Source of the DNA: Candidatus Latescibacterota bacterium | GTDB lineage: Bacteria; Latescibacterota; UBA2968; UBA8231 | NCBI GenBank assembly: GCA_965223905.1 | Contig: CBDCXV010000010.1 | Location: 160,001 to 224,000, forward strand | Reading direction: 5' to 3' | DNA length: 64,000 bases | Shown: positions 29,580 through 38,602 of the stretch, one piece after another | How the letters are laid out: each line of letters opens with the position of its first letter | Numbering within the stretch: the first letter of the stretch is position 1 | Translations under genes and position numbers: made by a program | The notes under the pieces: model-generated | Seen by the model: only the letters and a program-made list of their open reading frames with translations | Databases searched by the model: none | What the model was told of the DNA's origin: nothing

Positions 29580-30617
29580 TCAGGCCGCGGCCGCCACCCT
29601 GGCGAACGCCTCGATTGCGAGTTCGACGTCCTCCGGGCCCAGGTGCCGGTGCAGCACCAGCCTGAGATCGTTCGGCGGCCTCTGAATCGCCAGCACTCCT
29701 TCCGCGGCGACCTGCTCCCCGAAATCGGAGCTCGACCATCCCAGTCCGGCAGCGTCGACCATCACGAAGTTGGTCGGGTTGGGCGGCTGCCTCGGGGTAA
29801 TCCCCTCGATTTCGGCCAGCCCCTCGCACAGCAGGCCCGCGTGCCGGTGATCCTCGGCGAGGCGGTCGACCATCCTGTCGAGGGCGATGATGCCGGCGGC
29901 AGCCACCGTGCCGGCCTGGCGCATCGTGCCCCCTATGCTGCTGCGCACCTTGCGCGCCTTGTCGATGAATTCGCCCCTGCCGCACAGGAGCGAGCCGACC
30001 GGGGCGCTCAGCCCCTTGGAGACGCAGAACATCACCGAGTCGACGTGCCCGGCGTACTGGCGCGGCTCGACGCCGAGGGCGACGCAGGAGTTGAACATGC
30101 GCGCCCCGTCCATGTGGACCTTGAGGTCGAGATCATGGGCAGCCCCTGCTGCCGCGGCGACCTCCTCCGGCAGCCAGGCGTAGCCGCCGCTGTGGTTGTG
30201 GCTGTTCTCGAGACACAGCAGGCCGGGTTTGCCGCCGCCGGCGCGGTCTCTCTGCACGAGATCGGCCAGCTCGTCCGGAGCGATCACCCCGAACTCCGCG
30301 GCGAAAGTGCGCGGCTCGATGCCGGCGGCGGTGTGGAACGGAGCCCTCCCCATCACGTGGCCGCGCTCGTGACTCAGGAAAGTGTTCCCCGGCTCGGTGT
30401 GGACCAGCAGGGCCAGGCCGTTCCCCATGGTTCCGGAGGGCACGAGCAGGGCCGCTTCCATTCCCAGCCTTTCGGCGGCTTTCTCCTGCAGGAGGTTGAC
30501 GGTGGGATCCTCGCCGAAGGCGTCGTCGCCGACCGCGGCCGCCTGCATGGCGGCGCGCATCTCCGCGGTCGGCCGCGTCGTGGTGTCGCTTCTCAGGTCT
30601 ACTGTTCTGTCTGCCAT
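29580..30617 (-). CDS. ltaE: Low-specificity L-threonine aldolase
   Basis: DLRSDT.T.PT, PSGTMGN, ENSHN, HMDGAR, SKGL.AP.GS, GG.MRQAG motifs. Confidence 0.9.
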   Translation of the reverse strand: MADRTVDLRSDTTTRPTAEMRAAMQAAAVGDDAFGEDPTVNLLQEKAAERLGMEAALLVPSGTMGNGLALLVHTEPGNTFLSHERGHVMGRAPFHTAAGIEPRTFAAEFGVIAPDELADLVQRDRAGGGKPGLLCLENSHNHSGGYAWLPEEVAAAAGAAHDLDLKVHMDGARMFNSCVALGVEPRQYAGHVDSVMFCVSKGLSAPVGSLLCGRGEFIDKARKVRSSIGGTMRQAGTVAAAGIIALDRMVDRLAEDHRHAGLLCEGLAEIEGITPRQPPNPTNFVMVDAAGLGWSSSDFGEQVAAEGVLAIQRPPNDLRLVLHRHLGPEDVELAIEAFARVAAAA

Positions 30618-30622
30618 CGCTC

Positions 30623-31398
30623 TCAATCGAAGTTGGCCAGCCAGCCGCCGTCGACGTAGATGTCCTGCCCGGTGATGTAGCTGCCGGCGTCGGATGCCAG
30701 CAGGAGCACGGTTCCGGCGAGGTCCGCCGGCTGACCCCAGCGCTTGAGGATCGTCGCCTGCCGGCGCCGCTCCCGCAGCTCGGGGTCGTTCCAGCTGAGG
30801 CTGGTCATGTCGGTCCGGATGTACCCGGGGCCGATGTTGTTTACGCGGATTCCGTACTTGCCCAGGCTCACCGCCAGGGATCGGGTCATCGACCGCACCC
30901 CCCCTTGGCAGCGCCGTACGCCGGGTTGTCCGGGGCGCCCCTTTCAACCGCCAAGCTGGTGATGTTGACGATGGCGCCGCCCTTCTCCGCCATCAGCCGC
31001 GCCATACCGCGGCACAACCTGAACGGCGCCTCGAGGTTGATCTTCAGGGTCTTCTCCCACGCCTCGTCCGGGTACTCGAGCACCTCGTTCCAGCCGCTGG
31101 TGACACCGGCGGCGTTGACGAGGACATCGAGACGGCCGTGCTCCTCTTCGACGAAGCGGCACAGGCGGTCGATCTCGCCGGCGGATTCAAGGTCGCAGCG
31201 GCAGGAGGAGGCTTTCGGCCCGGCGGCGCGAAGCTCGGCGGCGGCCGCCTGCAATCGATCCCCGTCGGCGCTCACCAGGATGACCTCGGCGCCGGCTCCC
31301 AGCAGGGCCTCCGCCATGCCCCGGCCCAGGCCCCGGCTGCCGCCGGTTACGACCGCCAGCTTCCCTTCGAGGGAGAACAACTGCTCGAGATAGCTCAT
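30623..31398 (-). pseudogene. Short-chain dehydrogenase (gluconate 5-dehydrogenase-like) with a 1-nt frameshift in a 7-base homopolymer (possible sequencing error)
   Basis: TGGSRGLG, NAAG, YGAAKGG in one frame and [17 protein letters not shown] in another; break at the C run 30898-30904. Confidence 0.85.
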
Positions 31399-31491
31399 TG
31401 TCCGATTGCTGGTCCGGGTGAACGGGGCGACTACTTTATGCGCTCCCGCAGGGCATGTCCAGTTGCGTAAGACCCGTTACAGCTTCGGAGG

Positions 31492-32517
31492 ATGGACGCT
31501 TTGGAAACGCGACAGCTCATCGTTACCGAACCCGGCAGCATCGAGCTGCAGGCCGCGACGCTCGACCAGGCGCTGGCCCCGCACGAGGCCCTGGTGCGCA
31601 CCGGGTACTCCATCGTCAGCGCCGGGACCGAGGGGGCCGGGTTCACCGGCCTGGTCAAGGAGATGCCTTTCGGCGATAGCGGCAGGTACCCGCGCCCCAC
31701 CGGGTACGGCAACCTCGGCGAGGTGATCGCCGTCGGCTCCGGAGACCTGATGTGCCGTCCCGGCGACCGGGTGCTGAGCTTTTCCAGCCACGCCAGCGTC
31801 GTCAAGGCGGATGCCGGCCGCTTCGCGCTTCCGGTCCCCCGCGACGCTCCCGGAGAGCAGATGGTCTTCGCGCGCATGGCCGGGGTCAGCATCAGCGCCC
31901 TGCGCTCGTCGTCGGTGCAGCCCGGCGACACGGTGCTCGTTATCGGAATGGGGCTGGTCGGAAACTTCGCCGCCCAGCTGTTCCGGCTCGCCGGCGCCGA
32001 CGTCCTGGCCGCGGACCTGTCCGACTACCGGTTGCGGCGGGCGCGGGAGTGCGGCATCGAGCGGACCGTCAATTCCGGAGTAGACGATCTCGGCGAGGCA
32101 GTGGACGAGTGGACGGAGGGCCGCAAGGCCCGCATCGCCGTCGAGGCGATCGGGGTCAGCGAAGTCATCGACCAGGCGGTTGCCCAGACGGCCCGGTACG
32201 GGGAGGTGATCCTGCTAGGGAGCCCGAGGGCGCCGGCGACCTTCGACGCCACCCCGATGCTGCTGCGCATCCACCTGGAGGCGATCCGCATGATCGGCTC
32301 CCTGGAGTGGCGCTGGCCCATGCACGAGAGCGAACGGACCCGGGACCTGGTGGCCAACTACCGGCAGATCGCCGACTGGATCGCCGCGGGGCGGCTGCAG
32401 GTGGCCCCCCTGCTCGACCAGCTCGCCTCGCCGGCGGACTGCCAGCGCATCTACGAAGGGTTGACCTCGAAACGGGAGGAGTACCTCGGGGCCGTTTTCG
32501 ACTGGAGCCGGCTGTAA
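31492..32517 (+). CDS. MDR / zinc-binding alcohol dehydrogenase-like oxidoreductase
   Basis: SAGTE, GY.N.GEV, G.GLVG Rossmann motif. Confidence 0.88.
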   Translation: MDALETRQLIVTEPGSIELQAATLDQALAPHEALVRTGYSIVSAGTEGAGFTGLVKEMPFGDSGRYPRPTGYGNLGEVIAVGSGDLMCRPGDRVLSFSSHASVVKADAGRFALPVPRDAPGEQMVFARMAGVSISALRSSSVQPGDTVLVIGMGLVGNFAAQLFRLAGADVLAADLSDYRLRRARECGIERTVNSGVDDLGEAVDEWTEGRKARIAVEAIGVSEVIDQAVAQTARYGEVILLGSPRAPATFDATPMLLRIHLEAIRMIGSLEWRWPMHESERTRDLVANYRQIADWIAAGRLQVAPLLDQLASPADCQRIYEGLTSKREEYLGAVFDWSRL

Positions 32518-32677
32518 CAGCCCGTTGAAAAAGTCCATCCTGGCTGCGACCGGCCCTGGGGGCCGAATACGGCGGTGCGCTCCCTCCCCGAATCCCATGC
32601 GCTTCGAATCGGTCGCGCGTCTTGTCTTCGACCGCCATGACTGGGCCTCGCCGCAGAGCAACTTTATCAACGGGCTG
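32518..32677 (-). mobile_element. MITE-like element family A, copy 3 (longest, inverted)
   Basis: TIRs CAGCCCGTTGAAAAAGT and ACTTTATCAACGGGCTG (16/17 match); starts immediately after a TAA stop. Confidence 0.85.
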
Positions 32678-32827
32678 CCAAGCGCTGTCCGGGGCGCTCC
32701 CCGGATCGGAAACCCCTGTGCGCCGATTCCTTGCACCGGTGGCCGGGGCCCAGAGCAGGTCGCGCACGTTCCGGGTCCGGCACTGACACCTGCGGTTTTC
32801 CGCCGCCGGATATCCGGTCAGAAACTT

Positions 32828-33649
32828 TCAGCTGTTCGGCCGATACTCCCCACGGGCATTCCAACCCGGGTACTGCTCCTCCAGCAAGGCGAGGGTCTGG
32901 CCGGTGTAGTAGAGGTGGTCCGGTGGCGGAAACCAGAAGACCTCCCGCTCCTTCGCCGACAGGGAACCGATGAAGGCTCGAAAATGAGGGTTTCCTCCCT
33001 GATGGGTGTAGTGCTTTACGCCTTCCCAGTAGTGGTCGGCGCGTCCGAACCCGAAGCTCCAGGAATAGCGCTGGCCGTCCGGCCTGAGGTAATTGCTGGC
33101 CGAATGCCAGGTGTAGGTGTGAAAGATGGCGACTGATCCGCCGGGTACCGCGGCCACTTCGGCCTTGCCGAGATCAGGGCCGTCGGCTGTGGCGATGAGG
33201 CGAAGCGGAGCCTGGTCCTCGTCGACGTCTTCGGGGAAGACCCAGAAAACGATCTGCGCGTGGCGCCGGTCGGACAAGGTGGTGGGCAGCAGGGAGTTGT
33301 TGCCATTGTCGATGTGGGATTTGCCGGCATCACCTTCGAAGCCGGGGTAGCGCACCATGGCCAATCCCTGGCGGTAGTGGATGTGGTCTGTCCCGTGCCA
33401 GCGTCCGGCAAACCCGAGGGCTTCGGGATGGAGGATGGCCTGATTCAGACAGGGTTCGGGGTAGGGGAAGTAGCAATGGTCGCTGCGATTTTCAGAAGCA
33501 TCACCCTTTATCTCATCCCAGGGTTTGAGCAGCTTGCGCAGTGCTGCTGCCATTTCCCGGCGCTGCATTTCGGGGATGAAATCGCGCACGATCAGGTAGC
33601 CTCTGTCACGGAATTCTTCGAAGTGAGCGTCTGTGAGTCGAGTCGGCAT
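32828..33649 (-). CDS. Phytanoyl-CoA dioxygenase (PhyH) family Fe/2OG enzyme
   Basis: F..RGYL start; HID...WH facial triad. Confidence 0.82.
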   Translation of the reverse strand: MPTRLTDAHFEEFRDRGYLIVRDFIPEMQRREMAAALRKLLKPWDEIKGDASENRSDHCYFPYPEPCLNQAILHPEALGFAGRWHGTDHIHYRQGLAMVRYPGFEGDAGKSHIDNGNNSLLPTTLSDRRHAQIVFWVFPEDVDEDQAPLRLIATADGPDLGKAEVAAVPGGSVAIFHTYTWHSASNYLRPDGQRYSWSFGFGRADHYWEGVKHYTHQGGNPHFRAFIGSLSAKEREVFWFPPPDHLYYTGQTLALLEEQYPGWNARGEYRPNS

Positions 33650-33695
33650 TTCAGGTCCTGATTACGGTGACTGGAAAAACTGAGGGTCCGCCTAG

Positions 33696-34778
33696 ATGAC
33701 CGCACCCGACCAGGACACCCTCTTCCCCACCATGGTGGTGGGCAGCCTGCCCCGTCCGCGATGGGTGCAGGACGTCATTGCCGACCGCATCGCCGGGGGC
33801 CTGAGCGGCCCCGAGGCGGACCGGCTCCTCGATACCGCGGTCCGGTCGGCGGTCCTGATGCAGGAGCGCGCCGGCCTCGACTACCTCTCCGACGGGGAGT
33901 GCCGCCGCGAGAACTACACCCGCGTATTCGCCGACAAGGTGGGCGGCTTCCGGCGCGGGAAAGCCCGGCGCGGCCCCCTGCTGCTGCATGCCTTCGCCGT
34001 CGACGAGCTCCGGCCCCGAGGCCCCATCGTCAGCGACGAAGCGGAGTTCCTGCGGCGGCAGACCGATCGCCGGGTGATCGTCGCCCTGCCCGCCCCCTGC
34101 ACGGTCGCCGACCTCCTGTGGCATCCTCGGCACTCGGCAGAGGCTTACCCGACCCGGGAAAGTTTCGTCCGCGCCTGCGTGCCGATTCTCCGCAACGAGA
34201 TCCTCGCGCTCTCCCGGGCCGGCGTCGACGCGGTCCAGCTCGACGAACCGCTGTTGCCCCGGCTCGCCGACCCCGAGACCTACGGCCTGGAAGCGGATCT
34301 CCCCTCGCTTCAACAAGCGGCGGAGTTCTCGGTAGAAACGATCAGCGAGGTCGCGAAGGGACTCAACGACATCTTCCTCAGCGTCCACCTCTGCCACGCG
34401 CACGGGGAACAGCACCGGGTCGTGCCGCAGGCCCGCGACCTGATCATGGGCGCGGTGCGGAGAATGCCGGTGGACCGGTTCGCGATGGAGTTCAACAGCC
34501 CGGTTGCCCGGCAGCTGCAGTCGCTCGAGGGATTTCCCGACGACAAGCTGCTGGGACTGGGGGTGATCGCCCCCGGCAGTCCCGAGGTGGAGACGCCGGA
34601 GACGGTCGTCCACCTGGTGGAAGCTGCGATGCGGTTCGTCGACAAGGAGCGGCTCACGCTCAATCCGGACTGCGGCTTCGCCACCACCGCGGGAAACGGC
34701 GCCAACTCCGACCGCGCCTTCCTCAAGCTCTCCGCCATGTGCCGGGGCGCCCGCCTGCTGCGGGACAGATACCGGTAA
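33696..34778 (+). CDS. Cobalamin-independent methionine synthase II family protein (single barrel, MetE-like)
   Basis: VGSLPRP, DGE.RR, QLDEP, Zn ligands HLC, E and PDCG. Confidence 0.88.
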   Translation: MTAPDQDTLFPTMVVGSLPRPRWVQDVIADRIAGGLSGPEADRLLDTAVRSAVLMQERAGLDYLSDGECRRENYTRVFADKVGGFRRGKARRGPLLLHAFAVDELRPRGPIVSDEAEFLRRQTDRRVIVALPAPCTVADLLWHPRHSAEAYPTRESFVRACVPILRNEILALSRAGVDAVQLDEPLLPRLADPETYGLEADLPSLQQAAEFSVETISEVAKGLNDIFLSVHLCHAHGEQHRVVPQARDLIMGAVRRMPVDRFAMEFNSPVARQLQSLEGFPDDKLLGLGVIAPGSPEVETPETVVHLVEAAMRFVDKERLTLNPDCGFATTAGNGANSDRAFLKLSAMCRGARLLRDRYR

Positions 34779-34888
34779 GCCTGCTGTCTGGAAGCTGCCA
34801 TTCCTGGCCGGGAAGTCATCCACCAAGCCGTCGCTGGCGATGGTGGCCCGGTGTCGTCGGGGACGGCTCTGACAGCGTCCCCGCGATC

Positions 34889-35734
34889 TCATGGCCGTGC
34901 CGGCGGAATACCGTCCAGAATCTCCAGCGCCTCGTTCGCAGAAACCTCCCCGCGCGCGGCCGTGCGCTCCAGGTAGGTCCGGGTTTTGCCGTTGAGAACG
35001 CCGTAGAATCCACGGACTTCCGCGTCAGGGTGGTCCCGCCAAAGCGAGGGCGGGATATAGGTATGGTCGCTGTGGTACTCCCGGTGCCGGTGGCCGTAGT
35101 AGATCCCTACGGTTTTTCGTTCGGCCTTTGTCGGACGTATGCTGACGGTATGCAAACAGGATATGTTGAACAGTACCGCCGTGCCCGCAGGGCCCTGCAG
35201 GTCGCGGATTCCGCCACGCGCCAGCTGAGCTTCCTTGTTCAGGATCTCCTGATCGATCGATTCGGGCGAAATGGCGAAGCTGTGAGTCGTATCGCTGACG
35301 TCGGTCAGGTAGACCTGCAGCCTCATGAAGCCGATGCGCAGCGGATGTTCCCGCCACATGAGCCGTGCCCCCCCGTCGCGATGCCAGCGGCGCCCTACGG
35401 GTCCATCCCACGACGTCATACCGGGTACCGGCTCACCCTCGTACGGCCCCATGTTGTTGATGCAGATTTGCCCGAAACAGACTTCGCCGCCCATCAACCC
35501 CCGGAGGGGCTCCATGACATTGGGGTGGCGGATGACTTCATCGAACTCGGGCGCCGTCAGCAGGGACTGGCAGTACTGGGTCTGCCAGATGCCGTTGTCG
35601 GTCCAGAAACGGCCGAAGTCCCGCCGTTCCCGTTCGAAAACATCCAAAAAGCGGGCTACCTCGTCGTCGCTCAGAAACTGTTCGAGCAGGAGGTAGCCGT
35701 TTTCCTTGAAGAAATCGAAATCTTCCTGTTTCAT
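34889..35734 (-). CDS. PhyH-family dioxygenase
   Basis: FKENGYL; WHRD; VYLTD; LH motifs. Confidence 0.85.
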   Translation of the reverse strand: MKQEDFDFFKENGYLLLEQFLSDDEVARFLDVFERERRDFGRFWTDNGIWQTQYCQSLLTAPEFDEVIRHPNVMEPLRGLMGGEVCFGQICINNMGPYEGEPVPGMTSWDGPVGRRWHRDGGARLMWREHPLRIGFMRLQVYLTDVSDTTHSFAISPESIDQEILNKEAQLARGGIRDLQGPAGTAVLFNISCLHTVSIRPTKAERKTVGIYYGHRHREYHSDHTYIPPSLWRDHPDAEVRGFYGVLNGKTRTYLERTAARGEVSANEALEILDGIPPARP

Positions 35735-35854
35735 TGCGGCTTCCTTTCATTGCATTCCAGTGGCCTATGCTTCACAACCCCGGATCCACCCCGCATTTCT
35801 CCGACAGCTCCTTCATGTCCCCGGCCCACTCCATCCCATCGGAACGGTCGGAGC

Positions 35855-35929
35855 CAGTGTCTGCGCGCCCAAATTGGCGGGAATTCGTCCGCCGCTGCGC
35901 CCTCGTTCGTACGCTCTAACGCCGCACTA
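35855..35929 (+). repeat. Short dispersed element family B, copy 1
   Basis: AGTGT..GCGCGC.CAAATT..CG.GAATTCG...CTCGTTCGTACGC...CACTA; matches the reverse complement of 38486-38602. Confidence 0.7.
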
Positions 35930-35931
35930 TA

Positions 35932-36603
35932 TCAGTAGGAGCCCGGTCCCCAGACCATCAGGTGGCAGTCGGATGCGGTCGCGGCCTGCAGCCTGGACAG
36001 GCCGCTCCCATCCAGTTGCCGTCGGACTTCATCCAGGCGGTATGCGGCGCGCAGTGAATTGCAGTAATCCCGCTGCAGCACCTCCGGCTCGTCGCGGTAG
36101 GTCGCCGCGAGTTCTTGAAGCTGACCCTCGCTATCGGGGCGCATCAGGTCCATGACGAACACCCGGCCTTTGGGCCCCGCGTGAAGCCGGACCGATTCCC
36201 ACAGAATCGCCGGATCTTCGAGGTGGTGGAGAAGGCTGTTGGAGAACACGAGATCGTATGCCCCGGCAGCGAGGGCCTGTTCCTGCAGCCGCGCTTCGAC
36301 CAGCTCGATGCGGTCCCCGAGGCCGGCGCCGTCGACCGCCTCGCGCGCGAGCGCCAGCATGGCGCCCGAGCCGTCGAGGCCGTGCACCCTCCAGCCTGGA
36401 AAGGCGCGCGCGAAACGGATGCCGATGTCCGCGGGCCCGCAGCCGAGATCGAGCGCCGTTCCCCGCTCCGGCAGCCCGGGAAGCCGTTCCTGCAGGCGGC
36501 GGATGAAGTTGCCGTGCGGCTCCTCGAAATCGGCGCCGGCGTAGGCCCGGGCCTGTTCCGCGCCCGACATCAGCTCCGGCTCGGGAACCCGCTGAAGGGT
36601 CAC
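35932..36603 (-). CDS. Class I SAM-dependent methyltransferase
   Basis: LDLGCGPA motif I; SNSLLHH. Confidence 0.9.
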   Translation of the reverse strand: MTLQRVPEPELMSGAEQARAYAGADFEEPHGNFIRRLQERLPGLPERGTALDLGCGPADIGIRFARAFPGWRVHGLDGSGAMLALAREAVDGAGLGDRIELVEARLQEQALAAGAYDLVFSNSLLHHLEDPAILWESVRLHAGPKGRVFVMDLMRPDSEGQLQELAATYRDEPEVLQRDYCNSLRAAYRLDEVRRQLDGSGLSRLQAATASDCHLMVWGPGSY

Positions 36604-36835
36604 GGCGGCGCTCCTCGGGAACCGGGTTTCATCACTCCCGCCAAGCGCCGAATCTCTTCAGGAATCGGGCGCATCGACCAGGGACGGAACATCAGGGAAC
36701 CCGTGGTTTCCGGACTTTGGCCGGGGCACCACGGCCTCTCGTTGCCCTGCTTGCGGGTACTCCACAAATATGGCGTGTCCCGCCTCGCGAGCCGGGCGCC
36801 TCGGCAGCCGTAAAGCCCCATTCGGATACCGACCC

Positions 36836-37567
36836 CTAGATCTCTACGCCGGCCAGCCGGGCGACCGCGATGTTGGCCTGCAGCAGCGACTCGTGGTTCT
36901 CGCCGGCGTCCATCCACCAGCCCTCGAGCATCTCGAACTGCATCTCGCCGCGGTCGATGTAGGCGTTGTTGACGTCGGTGATCTCGAGCTCGCCGCGGCC
37001 GGAAGGTTCCAGGGTGGGGATGATGTCGAATACGTCGGGGGGATACATGTACACCCCGATGACGGCGAGGTCGGTCGGGGGATCCTGCGGTTTCTCGATG
37101 ATGCGGGCGACGCGGTCGCCGTCGGTTTCGGCGATGCCGTATTCCCAGGGGTGGTCGACCTGCTTGAGAAAGATGCGGGCCCCGGCTTCCTGGGAGGCGA
37201 AGGCCTCGACGCCGGCGGCGATCCCCTTCTCGAGGATGTTGTCCCCGAGGACGACGATCAGCTTGTCGTCGCCGGCGAACTCCCGGCAGAGGCCGAGCGC
37301 CTCGGCGATCCCCCCCTCCCCTTTCTGGTAGGCGTAGTTGATCCGCGACAGGCCGAAGTCCTCGCCGTTGCGTATGAGGCGTAGGAAGTCCCCCGCGGCG
37401 TTGCCGCCGGTCACCACCATGATGTCGGTGATGCCGGCGTCGACGAGCATCTGTATCGGGTAGTAGATCATCGGCCTGTCGTACACCGGCAGCAGGTGCT
37501 TGTTGGTTATGCGCGTCAACGGCTGCAGGCGCGTACCCAGGCCGCCTGCGAGAACTACACCTTTCAT
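36836..37567 (-). CDS. rmlA: Sugar-phosphate nucleotidyltransferase (glucose-1-phosphate thymidylyltransferase-like)
   Basis: LAGGLGTRL.P.T...KHLLPVYDRPM, LGDN, EKP, RGELEITD motifs. Confidence 0.88.
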   Translation of the reverse strand: MKGVVLAGGLGTRLQPLTRITNKHLLPVYDRPMIYYPIQMLVDAGITDIMVVTGGNAAGDFLRLIRNGEDFGLSRINYAYQKGEGGIAEALGLCREFAGDDKLIVVLGDNILEKGIAAGVEAFASQEAGARIFLKQVDHPWEYGIAETDGDRVARIIEKPQDPPTDLAVIGVYMYPPDVFDIIPTLEPSGRGELEITDVNNAYIDRGEMQFEMLEGWWMDAGENHESLLQANIAVARLAGVEI

Positions 37568-37605
37568 CTCGATCCTTTCATCAGTCGATTCCCCGGAACC
37601 GGGTA

Positions 37606-38433
37606 TCACTCGGTGACCTCGGCGGCGAATCCGAGCTCCTTCTCTATACCCGTCACGTCGTACGCCGAGTCGAACTCCCGCCCCGGCTGCTCGAAGCAGC
37701 TGACGTCGACCTCGTCTCCCCACCATCCGCGCAGGATGTCGGCCACAGGGTCGGCCACCCAGGCCCTGGGAGAGGCGGCATTCAGGGTTCGGACGCCAGC
37801 GCGGTGAGGCGCCTCCGCGGCGAGCGCAAAGGCTCTGACCGCATCCGACAGGCACATGAAGGTGATCGACCCCAGGCTCCAGTTCCGCAGCGGAGAGACG
37901 GTGCGCTTCTCCGGCATCCCGTCGTCGGGCGCCACGGAGGAGAGCCGCAGGTTGATGACGTCGACCTCCTCGTTCTGGCGCTGGCAGTACCGGGTCACCT
38001 CTTCCATCATGTACTTGGAGAACCCGTACCCCGAGCGGTCGAGGCAGGGATGGTCGTCGGGCACCGGCAGTTGCACAGGGCGGAACCGCGTATCCTGGAT
38101 ACCGACGGCGGCGATCGAGCTTGCGGTCACGAATTTCCTGCAGCCGCGATCGATCAGGTAGCGCATCAGGCAGCGGGTGCCCTCGACGTTGACCCGCATC
38201 TGCTCGCGCTCGTGGACGTTCGACAGCACCGCGGCGAGGTGCACGGCGACGTCTATTTCGTGCCCGTCGAGCCGGCGCAGGTCCTCCCAGGCGAAGAACT
38301 CCCCCTTCACCCAGGGCAGGTCGAGCCCCGGATCGTTGCGGCTCATGGCGATGACGTCGTGGCGCCCGGCAAGTTCCCCGGCCAGGCTGCGGCCGATGAA
38401 TCCGCTGGCGCCGGTGACCAGGACTACCGCCAT
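37606..38433 (-). CDS. NAD-dependent epimerase/dehydratase
   Basis: TGASGFIG, HLAA, YGFSK motifs. Confidence 0.9.
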   Translation of the reverse strand: MAVVLVTGASGFIGRSLAGELAGRHDVIAMSRNDPGLDLPWVKGEFFAWEDLRRLDGHEIDVAVHLAAVLSNVHEREQMRVNVEGTRCLMRYLIDRGCRKFVTASSIAAVGIQDTRFRPVQLPVPDDHPCLDRSGYGFSKYMMEEVTRYCQRQNEEVDVINLRLSSVAPDDGMPEKRTVSPLRNWSLGSITFMCLSDAVRAFALAAEAPHRAGVRTLNAASPRAWVADPVADILRGWWGDEVDVSCFEQPGREFDSAYDVTGIEKELGFAAEVTE

Positions 38434-38485
38434 CGGTTCAAACCTGTTCTGCTCTGAAGCGGGGCCATTTCCGCCACCTTGTTCC

Positions 38486-38602
38486 TGCGCGCAGTAATGC
38501 GTACGAACGAGAGCGCCGCACCCTGCTCGCGGGGCGCCAGAGCGAATCGTACCGGGGGTGTACGGCGAGCGAATTCACGCGAAATTTGCGCGCGCAACAC
38601 TA
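38486..38602 (-). repeat. Short dispersed element family B, copy 2; its TAGTG end overlaps the TAG stop of the upstream gene
   Basis: Reverse complement aligns with 35855-35929 with a longer internal segment. Confidence 0.7.

Noticed and set aside
30618-30947. N-terminal extension of the threonine aldolase ORF
   Set aside because: It overlaps the SDR 3' half in another frame; aldolase homology starts at 30617.
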